This document shows, in pieces, positions 56,418 to 64,000 of a DNA stretch of 64,000 bases. The DNA is from Acidobacteriota bacterium. Its GTDB lineage: Bacteria; Acidobacteriota; UBA890; WLXD01. The stretch is from contig CBDBHB010000009.1 of NCBI GenBank assembly GCA_965205505.1, positions 608,001 to 672,000 on the forward strand, written 5' to 3'. The notes beneath the pieces were generated by a model. The model did not search any database. It saw only the letters and a program-made list of their open reading frames with translations, and had not been told where the DNA came from. The translations under genes and the position numbers were made by a program. Position 1 is the first letter of the stretch; each line of letters opens with the position of its first letter.

Positions 56418-56544
56418 ACACGCCTCCTTGGCTGGGGACGCGCACATCATACCCGGACAGCAGCGGACAGGAGCGGACAACGAGGGCCAACACCAGACTG
56501 GCACGCTGGCCACGCGCACGCCTCGGCGCGGATAGAATTCGTGT

Positions 56545-56949
56545 ATGGTCCATCGCCTGGCGACGCGCGCCCCGAGTACAGGGCTGCACGAGATCACCGC
56601 CGATGTGGCAGCCGCGGTACGCGCCGCAGGCATCTCCGAGGGAATCTGTACTCTGTTCGTGCGCCACACCTCGGCGAGCCTGACGATCCAGGAGAACGCC
56701 GATCCTTCAGCCCGCCGCGATCTGCAGGCATGGCTCGAGCGGCTCGTTCCCGAGGGCGATCCACTCTACACGCACACGGCTGAGGGCGCGGACGATATGC
56801 CAGCGCACGTCAAGGCGGCGCTGACGGCCACCTCGCTGTCGATTCCCGTGCTCGATGGACGCCTCGGCCTCGGTACGTGGCAAGGAATCTATCTGTGGGA
56901 GCATCGACGACCGCCGCGGGAGCGCGAGATCCTGATCCACCTCGGCTAG
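56545..56949 (+). CDS. yjbQ: YjbQ/UPF0047 family protein
   Basis: HTSASLTIQENADP, DDMPAH.K, LGTWQGIYL.EHR. Confidence 0.92.
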   Translation: MVHRLATRAPSTGLHEITADVAAAVRAAGISEGICTLFVRHTSASLTIQENADPSARRDLQAWLERLVPEGDPLYTHTAEGADDMPAHVKAALTATSLSIPVLDGRLGLGTWQGIYLWEHRRPPREREILIHLG

Positions 56950-57154
56950 CCACTCGCCGCTGCGGCCGCCTCCACGGCGCGCATAACGCGTTGCCTGATC
57001 TCTTCGCTCATCGTGGGGCTGCGCTCGGCTGCGGCGTTAGGGTACGGACGTCAGAGAGGGAAGATAGGCTACAACGACCCCAGGGAGCTCGACGCAGACC
57101 GCCGCGCTTGCTCCGGCAACTGCCGGTGCACGGTATCTACCGAGTGAGGAACGC

Positions 57155-57826
57155 ATGACCGAGCGGGAAGAGTTCGTGCCGCTGCCGGCGTATGAGGAGT
57201 ACCCGGCGGAGCAGATGCGCCGGCGAGCGCGCGCTTTCTTCGAGAACCTCTCACGCCGCCGGACGGTGCGGGAGTTCGATTCGCGTCCGCTGCCGCCCGA
57301 CGTGATCGACGATTGCATCCGTGCCGCCGGCACCGCGCCGAGCGGCGCCAACATGCAGCCCTGGCATTTCGTCGTGGTGACCGATCCAAAGATCAAGCGC
57401 CAGGTGCGCGAGGCTGCCGAGGAGGAGGAGCGCGAGTTTTACACCCAGCGGGCTCCGCAGGAGTGGTTAGATGCGCTGGCACCCCTGGGCACCAACGAGC
57501 ACAAGCCCTTCCTCGAGGAAGCTCCGGCGCTTATTGCGGTGTTTGTGGAGCGCTGGGGCCTGCTACCGGATGGGCGCAAGGTAAAGCACTACTACGCCCT
57601 CGAGTCGGTCGGCTTGGCCACCGGCATGCTGATCGCGGCAGTGCACGAGGCCGGCTTGGCGTCACTCACGCACACTCCGAGCCCCATGAGGTTCTTGAAA
57701 GAGATCCTCGGGCGGCCCGACAACGAGAGCGCGTTCCTGATCTTGGTAGTGGGGTATCCAGCCAACGACTGCCGCGTCCCCGACATTGGCCGCAAGCAGC
57801 TCGACGAGTTGCGCACCACGATCTAA
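57155..57826 (+). CDS. Iodotyrosine deiodinase-like flavoprotein (nitroreductase superfamily)
   Basis: [26 protein letters not shown]...KPFLE, ESVG.A.G, LTHTP. Confidence 0.85.
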   Translation: MTEREEFVPLPAYEEYPAEQMRRRARAFFENLSRRRTVREFDSRPLPPDVIDDCIRAAGTAPSGANMQPWHFVVVTDPKIKRQVREAAEEEEREFYTQRAPQEWLDALAPLGTNEHKPFLEEAPALIAVFVERWGLLPDGRKVKHYYALESVGLATGMLIAAVHEAGLASLTHTPSPMRFLKEILGRPDNESAFLILVVGYPANDCRVPDIGRKQLDELRTTI

Positions 57827-57830
57827 CCTC

Positions 57831-58850
57831 TCAGGCTGCCGCCTCCTTTGCCTCGACGGCGGCGGAGTAGTCGCCACTGCGTGCCAGCCCGTTACAGTGC
57901 GCGCGATGGGTGAAGGCGCGTTGCGAAGCCTCCGTGTTCTCGGCTTTTCCGGCCCAGGCCTTCAGGGCCGACGCCTGCAACGCACGTCCGAACGAAAAGC
58001 TGAGCTCCCACGGGTGCGACCCACGGCGGTTCATGGTGTTGAGGAAGTCGGTGGCATGCACCTCCGACAAGCCGCCAGATAGGAACACGATGCCTGGGAC
58101 CGCACCCGGCACGGTGCGCCGGAGCGTGCGAATAGTTGCCTCGGCGACGGCCTCCCGATTGGCCTGTACCGGGCACTGATCGCCCGACACGACCATGTTG
58201 GGCTTCAGCAACGTACCCTCGAGCTGGACGCGCTGAAGGTGGAGCTGGTGGTAGACCTCGGCGAGCGTCGCCTCGGTCACCGTGGCGCAGCGCTCGATGG
58301 TGTGATCGCCGCTCATCAGCACCTCCGGCTCGACGATCGGCACCATGTTGGCCTCCTGAGTCAACGCCGCGAAGCGCGCCAGCCCGTGCGCGTTGGCCTC
58401 GATGCACGTGCGGCTCGGGATGCCATCGCCGATGGTGATGACGGCGCGCCACTTGGTGAAGCGTGCTCCCAGCTCGTAGTACTCGGAAAGCCGCTCGCGG
58501 AGGCCGTCAAGGCCCTCGGCCACCTTCTCGCCGGGACATCCCACAAGATCCTTGGCGCCCTTGTCGACCTTGATACCGGGCACCATGCCCTGGTCCGTCA
58601 GCACCTTGGGGAACGGCACGCCGTCGTCGCTGTGCTGGCGTAGCGTTTCGTCGAAGAGAATCACCCCGCCGATGTATGGCGCGGCGCCGGCCGAGGTGAA
58701 CAGTAGCTGCCGATAGGATCGCCGGTTGTCCTCGTTCGACTCGACGCCGATCGAATCGAAGCGCTTCTTGATCGTTGGCGTGCTCTCGTCGGCGGCGAGG
58801 ACCCCCTTCTGCGGCGCGACGATTTGCTGCGCGATATCTGCCAAGCTCAT
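57831..58850 (-). CDS. Fructose-bisphosphate aldolase class I (eukaryote-like type)
   Basis: KGVLAADES, GIKVDKG, KWRAV, VPIVEPE, LLKPNM, FLSGG, FSFGRALQ. Confidence 0.96.
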   Translation of the reverse strand: MSLADIAQQIVAPQKGVLAADESTPTIKKRFDSIGVESNEDNRRSYRQLLFTSAGAAPYIGGVILFDETLRQHSDDGVPFPKVLTDQGMVPGIKVDKGAKDLVGCPGEKVAEGLDGLRERLSEYYELGARFTKWRAVITIGDGIPSRTCIEANAHGLARFAALTQEANMVPIVEPEVLMSGDHTIERCATVTEATLAEVYHQLHLQRVQLEGTLLKPNMVVSGDQCPVQANREAVAEATIRTLRRTVPGAVPGIVFLSGGLSEVHATDFLNTMNRRGSHPWELSFSFGRALQASALKAWAGKAENTEASQRAFTHRAHCNGLARSGDYSAAVEAKEAAA

Positions 58851-59064
58851 TCGAATGCCTCTTCGGGCTCCGTAGGCCGGAGTGGAAAGGGTAAAGGAAG
58901 CTCGATTGGTGGAATCTTGCGTGCCCTTGCCGGGGGTGTCAAACGACATCGGGCAGCACCCGAGATCGGGGAGGGAACTGTCGCTCGGCGGCGCGATGGC
59001 GCTTAGACTAGCCCTCACCCGGCCGAGCGGCGGACCCACCCCGAAACAGCGCAGGAGACGGTCG

Positions 59065-59865
59065 ATGACCGAGCCCAGCTCCCCGAGCCCATCTCAGGAT
59101 CCGTCGGCAGCTCCTGCGCCCGAAGCCAAGAAGAAGGGGATCAGTCCGCTGATGTGGGTGCTGATCATTCTCGGCAGCATCTTCGCGCTCACCATGGGTG
59201 CTTGCGTGGCCTGCGGCCTGGTTGTGACGCAGATGGGACGAGAGTTGGCTCGCGACTTCGAGACGAATCCCGCCAAGGCGATGGCCGAGCTGATGGTGCG
59301 GGCCAACCCCGACATCGAGCTCGTCGAAAGCGATGACGATGCCGGCACCATGACGGTGCGCGACAGGGAGACCGGCGAGGAATTCAATCTGAACTTCGAA
59401 GATATCGCCGAGGGTCGCTTCACGATCAGCAGCGATGACGGCGATCTGTCGTTCGATACCGATGCCGGCGGCGGCGGTATTACCGTGACCGGAGTCGACG
59501 GAGCCGTCTCACGCGTCGGCGCTCTCGGCGACGAGGATCTTCCCGAATGGATGCTGCTGTATCCGAGCGCCGCGATCGCGCCGGGCGGTTTTCGCGGTGC
59601 CACGGCCGAGGGCGTCGCCGGTGCATTCCAGATGAGCACCGACGACGCCTGCTCGCAGGTAAACGGCTACTTCGCGGAGGTGCTCCCGGAGGCCGGATTC
59701 CGCATCGTCTCGTCCGCCTCGTCGATTGGTTCCGCCGCGGCCACCAGTGCGATGGTCATGCTGCAAGCAGCCATGGACGACCCGGAGCGCTCCGTCACGA
59801 TCACCATGATTGACGCTGATACCGGTGGGTGCACCATCAGCGTCCAGTACGGCGCAGCACCGTAG
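59065..59865 (+). CDS. Hypothetical membrane-anchored protein
   Basis: AGGAG SD; Pro-rich N-terminus, KKK plus TM, LPEW...YP domain. Confidence 0.78.
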   Translation: MTEPSSPSPSQDPSAAPAPEAKKKGISPLMWVLIILGSIFALTMGACVACGLVVTQMGRELARDFETNPAKAMAELMVRANPDIELVESDDDAGTMTVRDRETGEEFNLNFEDIAEGRFTISSDDGDLSFDTDAGGGGITVTGVDGAVSRVGALGDEDLPEWMLLYPSAAIAPGGFRGATAEGVAGAFQMSTDDACSQVNGYFAEVLPEAGFRIVSSASSIGSAAATSAMVMLQAAMDDPERSVTITMIDADTGGCTISVQYGAAP

Positions 59866-59894
59866 GACCAATCTCCGGGGCGGGTCCGCGGCGG

Positions 59895-60194
59895 CTAGTG
59901 TCCTGACTCAGGACACTCGTGCTCCTGATCATAAGTACGGTGACGTTTGCAGGAGCGAGATGCGGGCGAGATCAAGGAAGGGTGAGGAAGGCGATGCCTT
60001 AGCCATCCTCGAGGAGCCCTGACGCCGAGATCGCCCGCATATCGCTCCTGCCCTCCGGGTGGCCGCGGGACCGGCCACCTTGGGCGTCGCGGCGCCTCGA
60101 CGATACACCCAGCATCGCCCTCGTCGCCGCTCCTACAATTCGCCCCGGTCGCGCGCGCCACAAACGTTACCGTACTTATGATCAGGAGCACTAG
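59895..60194. mobile_element. MITE-like non-autonomous element
   Basis: 31-bp inverted repeats 59919-59949 / 60161-60191 (30/31), CTAG at both outer flanks, long internal hairpin, no transposase. Confidence 0.75.
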
Positions 60195-61167
60195 CGGCAG
60201 ACAGCGCCCGCTGGGCGGCTCCGAAGAGCGCGGCGCGTGGCTCCAGGATGACGCCAACGGGTACCTTGCGAACCAGCGGTTCGAAGCGGCCTTTACCTGC
60301 CAAGGCGTCGAGGAACATCGGCCGGCGCAGTGCCGGGAGGATTCGTGGCGGGATGCCTCCGCCGAGATAGATGCCGCCGGTCGCTACAACTTGCAACGCC
60401 AGATTTCCCGCCGCCGCCGCCAACATTGCCACGAAGGTGTCTAGAGCCAGAGCGCACACTTCACAGGCCTCCGATAGCCCGGACTGCAAGATCACCGGGG
60501 TGGCGTCGTCGACCGTTGCAAGGGCCGCCGCGACGTCTTGGTTCGCCAACCCTCGACCAGACACCGACAGGAACTCGTACAGCAACGGCATGCTGCCGCC
60601 CGAGCAGGCGCGCTCCAGGCTCACGTGCCCGAATCGCTGACGCAGGAATAGCAGATACTCGGTCTGCACCTCGCCGTTGGGGGCGAAGTCGGTGTGGCCG
60701 GCCTCCGAGGCCACCGCGATGGCTCCGGCGGCGGTGCGAACCAGAATTGCCTCGCCGATTCCGGTACCCGGGGCTACGACTCCGATCACGCCGTTCGAGG
60801 ACGCCGGCACGTCGTGCAACATCTCGATCTCGCCGTCGTTCAGGTATGGCACGAACGTCGCGGTGGCTTCGAGATCGTTCATTAGCTCCAGCGGTCCGTC
60901 GACCGCCGCCACCAGCGGTTTGTGCTCGATGTCCCACGGTAGGGTGGAGCCCGGGATACGGTCACCGACCACCGGCCCGGCAACTGCCAGCATGCCGCCA
61001 TCGACGTGCTGCCCATCGAGGAAGTCACCCACCAGGGCTTCGGCGCTGGCGTAACTCGATGTCGTCAAGCTGGCGGCGCGCGCCGGAGCACGTGGTCCCC
61101 CCTCCGGGGTGAATAGCCCCAGTAGGCTCTTGGTGCCGCCGATGTCGCCAGCAAGATAGATCGCCAT
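60133..61167 (-). CDS. glk: Glucokinase
   Basis: GDIGGT, AVAGP, MNDLEA, PGTGIGE, SEAGH, GGIYLGGGI; last ~20 codons derive from the MITE. Confidence 0.92.
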   Translation of the reverse strand: MAIYLAGDIGGTKSLLGLFTPEGGPRAPARAASLTTSSYASAEALVGDFLDGQHVDGGMLAVAGPVVGDRIPGSTLPWDIEHKPLVAAVDGPLELMNDLEATATFVPYLNDGEIEMLHDVPASSNGVIGVVAPGTGIGEAILVRTAAGAIAVASEAGHTDFAPNGEVQTEYLLFLRQRFGHVSLERACSGGSMPLLYEFLSVSGRGLANQDVAAALATVDDATPVILQSGLSEACEVCALALDTFVAMLAAAAGNLALQVVATGGIYLGGGIPPRILPALRRPMFLDALAGKGRFEPLVRKVPVGVILEPRAALFGAAQRALSAASAPDHKYGNVCGARDRGEL

Positions 61168-61371
61168 GTCGGGGCGGATCCTAGCAGGCCGCGGTGGGAG
61201 TCTGCCGGGCCGTAGCCAGGCCCGCCACGCTTCCACCACGATAGGCAACGATCATCTGTTACAGGCCACTAGGCGTCGGGCGAGCAACTGGTCGCCGATC
61301 CTGGGAGCGGTATCCTTGCTCGCGCAACCACTCCCCCTAGTTCGCCTTCGTCCGGCTTGCAGTGCACCGCC

Positions 61372-62967
61372 ATGAATGGACGCCCCGAGTACGACGCTAT
61401 CATCATCGGCAGCGGCTTCGGCGGAGCCTGCACTGCCGACGTGCTGGTTCGGGCCGGCAAGCGCGTGCTGATGCTCGAGCGCGGCGACTGGGTCCCCCGG
61501 GGGCCCCACAACTGGGAGCCCGACGGCTCGCTCGACCTGACGCCTTACTACTCGAAGGAAACTCCGTACGAAGTGGCGCCGGGGAGCGACTCCACCGTGT
61601 CGCTGCTGGACCGGCTAGTAACCGGGCGCACCAAGGCCAAGGAGGTGGGGGGCTACTATTGCGTCGGCGGTCCATCGGTGTTCTACGGGGCGGTCTCACT
61701 TCGCCTGCGGACCGAGGACTTCGAGCCCGCCGCCGAGGTCTGCGGTGACTCGGGAGCTGAGTGGCCCTACGGCTACGAGGAGATCGAGCCCTACTACGCC
61801 GCTGCCGAGCGTCTCCTGGGTGTAGCCGGGGTTGCCGGCGAAGATCCCACCGAGCCGCCACGTTCGAGTCCGTATCCCGCCGTGCCGGATGAGCTCTCCG
61901 ACACCTCGAGGATGATCGCCGCCGCCGCCGAGCGCCTCGGCCTGCGGCCGTTTCGATTGCCCCTGGCGATCAACTACGAGGCCACCGATGCACGCGCCGG
62001 CTGCGTTGCCTGTACGACGTGCGACTCTTTCGCCTGCGCCATCGGTGCCAAGAACGACATTGCCACGCGGGTGCTGCCACCGTTGCTCGACGCCGGATTG
62101 GAGCTGCGCCCCGCAACCGTCGTCAAGCGGCTGGTGCGCCAGGGTTCGCGAATCAACGGCGTCGAGTGCGTCGATCGCGCCAGCGGCGAGGCGCTAGTGT
62201 TTCACGCCGAGCAGATCGTTCTTGCTGCCGGAGCGCTGGCATCGCCCTTGCTATTGCTGGCCTCTGGGCTGGAGCAGGTGAATCCCGGCGGCAACGTCGT
62301 GGGGAGGTACCTGACACGACACTCCAACGCCATCGAGTTCGGCCTCTTCCGCAGCCACGTAAATCCGCGCCAGCAGTTCCACAAACAGCTCGGTTTCCAC
62401 GACTTCTATTTCGGGCACACGCTGGTGAGCGATCCACCCGGCAAGCTCGGCGGCATCCAGCAACTGCAGTCGCCGCCCGTTGGCCTAGTCAGGGCGCACT
62501 TGCCTTCTGTGGTCGGTGGGATCGTGGGTGCACTGTTGATTCCACGTTCGACCGGCCTGCTGGTGATGGCCGAGGACGAGCCGCGCTCCGATAACCGAGT
62601 GACCATCAAGCGCTCGCCACCGGACCGCTTCGGCCTACCCCGGGCGGTGATTCAGCACGCCTATACCGAGCGCGACTTGGCGGCGCGCGATGCTCTGCTC
62701 GGGCAGTCTCGGCGCATTCTGCGCGAGGCCGGAGCCATATGGACCCATTCGCACTACATCCACACATTCTCCCATGCTGCCGGCACCGTCCGTATGGGGA
62801 ACGATCCAGCGACTTCGGCCCTCGACGCGCACTGTCGCTTTCGTGGCATCGACAATCTGCGTGTCGTCGATGCGAGCTTCATCCCCGCCGCCGGCGGCTT
62901 GAACCCCAGCTTGACCATCGCCGCGAACGCACTCAGAGTAGGCGAGCACCTTCTCGGCGACCTCTGA
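61372..62967 (+). CDS. GMC family FAD oxidoreductase
   Basis: IIIGSGFGG, VGGPS, CxxCxxC, H.AGT.RMG, VVDASF, NPSLTI.ANALR. Confidence 0.92.
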   Translation: MNGRPEYDAIIIGSGFGGACTADVLVRAGKRVLMLERGDWVPRGPHNWEPDGSLDLTPYYSKETPYEVAPGSDSTVSLLDRLVTGRTKAKEVGGYYCVGGPSVFYGAVSLRLRTEDFEPAAEVCGDSGAEWPYGYEEIEPYYAAAERLLGVAGVAGEDPTEPPRSSPYPAVPDELSDTSRMIAAAAERLGLRPFRLPLAINYEATDARAGCVACTTCDSFACAIGAKNDIATRVLPPLLDAGLELRPATVVKRLVRQGSRINGVECVDRASGEALVFHAEQIVLAAGALASPLLLLASGLEQVNPGGNVVGRYLTRHSNAIEFGLFRSHVNPRQQFHKQLGFHDFYFGHTLVSDPPGKLGGIQQLQSPPVGLVRAHLPSVVGGIVGALLIPRSTGLLVMAEDEPRSDNRVTIKRSPPDRFGLPRAVIQHAYTERDLAARDALLGQSRRILREAGAIWTHSHYIHTFSHAAGTVRMGNDPATSALDAHCRFRGIDNLRVVDASFIPAAGGLNPSLTIAANALRVGEHLLGDL

Positions 62968-62980
62968 TTCGCGAGCTCCA

Positions 62981-63937
62981 GTGCCCTCTCCCGACACCCT
63001 CAAGCTGGCCTTTCTCGGCTGCGGCGGAGTAGCCCGCAAGCACAGTGCCACCCTCAAGCGGATCGGCGGCGTGGAGCGCTACTACGCCAGCCGCAGCGCC
63101 GGACGCGGCGCTGAGCTGTGCAGAAGCACCGGAGGCGCGGGTGCATACGACAGCTATGCCACCGCTCTCGACGACGAGGCCATCGACGTGGTGCTGGTGG
63201 CCACCCCGCCGAGCTCCCATCTGCAGTTGGCGATGGCGGCGCTGGAGGCTGGCAAGCACGTCATCGTCGAGAAGCCGCCGTTCCTTCGCAGCACCGACTT
63301 CTACTCCGTCAACAGCGCGGCGCAGCTTGCCAACCGGCAGGTATTCGTGGCGGAGAACTACTTCTACAAGCCGTTGCTCGCTTGTCTGCGCGATGTCATT
63401 GCGGAGGGTGACATCGGCGAGCCTCTGTTCGTCTTGCTCAATGCCCTCAAGACCCAGGCGGTCGATGGCTGGCGCGACGATCCGGCGCTGGCGGGCGGTG
63501 GAGCGTTGTTCGAGGGCGGCATCCACTGGGTCAATTTTGCCGCCAACCTGGGGCCGCCTCTGCGCGCCGTGCGCGGCACCCGCCCGGGCAAGCATGCAGG
63601 CCTCGAACGGAGCATGATGCTGACGCTCGACTACGACGGGCCGGCCGGCGCCTTGCTGTACTCGTGGGAGGTCCCAGCGCTGTTCAAAGGCCTGCGAATC
63701 TCGCGCATCTGGGGCCGCGAGGGCAGCATAACGTTCGAGTCCAACGGGCTGTTCGTGATCGTGCGCGGGCGGCGTCGGCGAGTGCTGTTCCCGGGAATTC
63801 GCGATATCTCCGGCTACCGCGCCATGTTCGAGGACTTCCTCACCGCTATTCGTAGCGGCACTGACCCGGCATTCGATCTCGAAGCTGCCCGCCGTGATCT
63901 CGAGTTCGTCGAACAGGCCTACGAAACGGTGGTGTAG
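62981..63937 (+). CDS. Gfo/Idh/MocA family oxidoreductase
   Basis: GCG, VATP...H, GKHVIVEKP, GGGAL.EGGIH. Confidence 0.92.
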   Translation: MPSPDTLKLAFLGCGGVARKHSATLKRIGGVERYYASRSAGRGAELCRSTGGAGAYDSYATALDDEAIDVVLVATPPSSHLQLAMAALEAGKHVIVEKPPFLRSTDFYSVNSAAQLANRQVFVAENYFYKPLLACLRDVIAEGDIGEPLFVLLNALKTQAVDGWRDDPALAGGGALFEGGIHWVNFAANLGPPLRAVRGTRPGKHAGLERSMMLTLDYDGPAGALLYSWEVPALFKGLRISRIWGREGSITFESNGLFVIVRGRRRRVLFPGIRDISGYRAMFEDFLTAIRSGTDPAFDLEAARRDLEFVEQAYETVV

Positions 63938-64000
63938 CAGCTCCAGGACAGCTCCGGAGGCCTGCGTGGTGGTACATTTCCCCATCGAGATGTGTTCATC

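Noticed and set aside
1-64000. CRISPR array, rRNA, reverse transcriptase, integrase
   Set aside because: No regularly spaced repeat series or recognisable signatures seen; all longer repeats found occur as pairs only.

Overview
GC-rich (roughly 65-68% by eye) bacterial chromosomal segment. The gene content (many secreted peptidases, a PQQ dehydrogenase plus cytochrome c pair, a multiheme-TPR plus CRTAC1/ASPIC pair, RND efflux) resembles Acidobacteriota-like heterotrophs; this taxonomy is an inference. Most of the window is ordinary metabolic and envelope genes. The ORF track misses or mis-bounds several things: an AhpD/CMD-like selenoprotein (CxxU, in-frame UGA plus SECIS-like hairpin), a GST with an in-frame amber codon, an FAH paralog that appears to start at CUG, a frameshifted XRE regulator and a zinc-ribbon gene cut by an IS3 element. 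Two accessory islands stand out. (1) 8.7-11.0 kb is AT-richer and bounded by 60-bp direct repeats with a recombination-site-like core. It carries a coiled-coil/wHTH-like protein ending in the SSB C-terminal motif DDDIPF, a tRNA-Cys-like cloverleaf with an 8-nt anticodon loop inside a hairpin-dense non-coding region, and two membrane-anchored unknowns; a promoter-terminator unit for a ~50-nt RNA abuts the right repeat. This is the best candidate for an undescribed system. (2) 51.0-54.1 kb has nested 61-bp and 27-bp direct repeats around orphan genes and an IS3. A MITE-like element supplies the glucokinase C-terminus, and the FTCD carries a C2H2 zinc-finger-pattern insertion. All calls come from reading the sequence; no searches were run.
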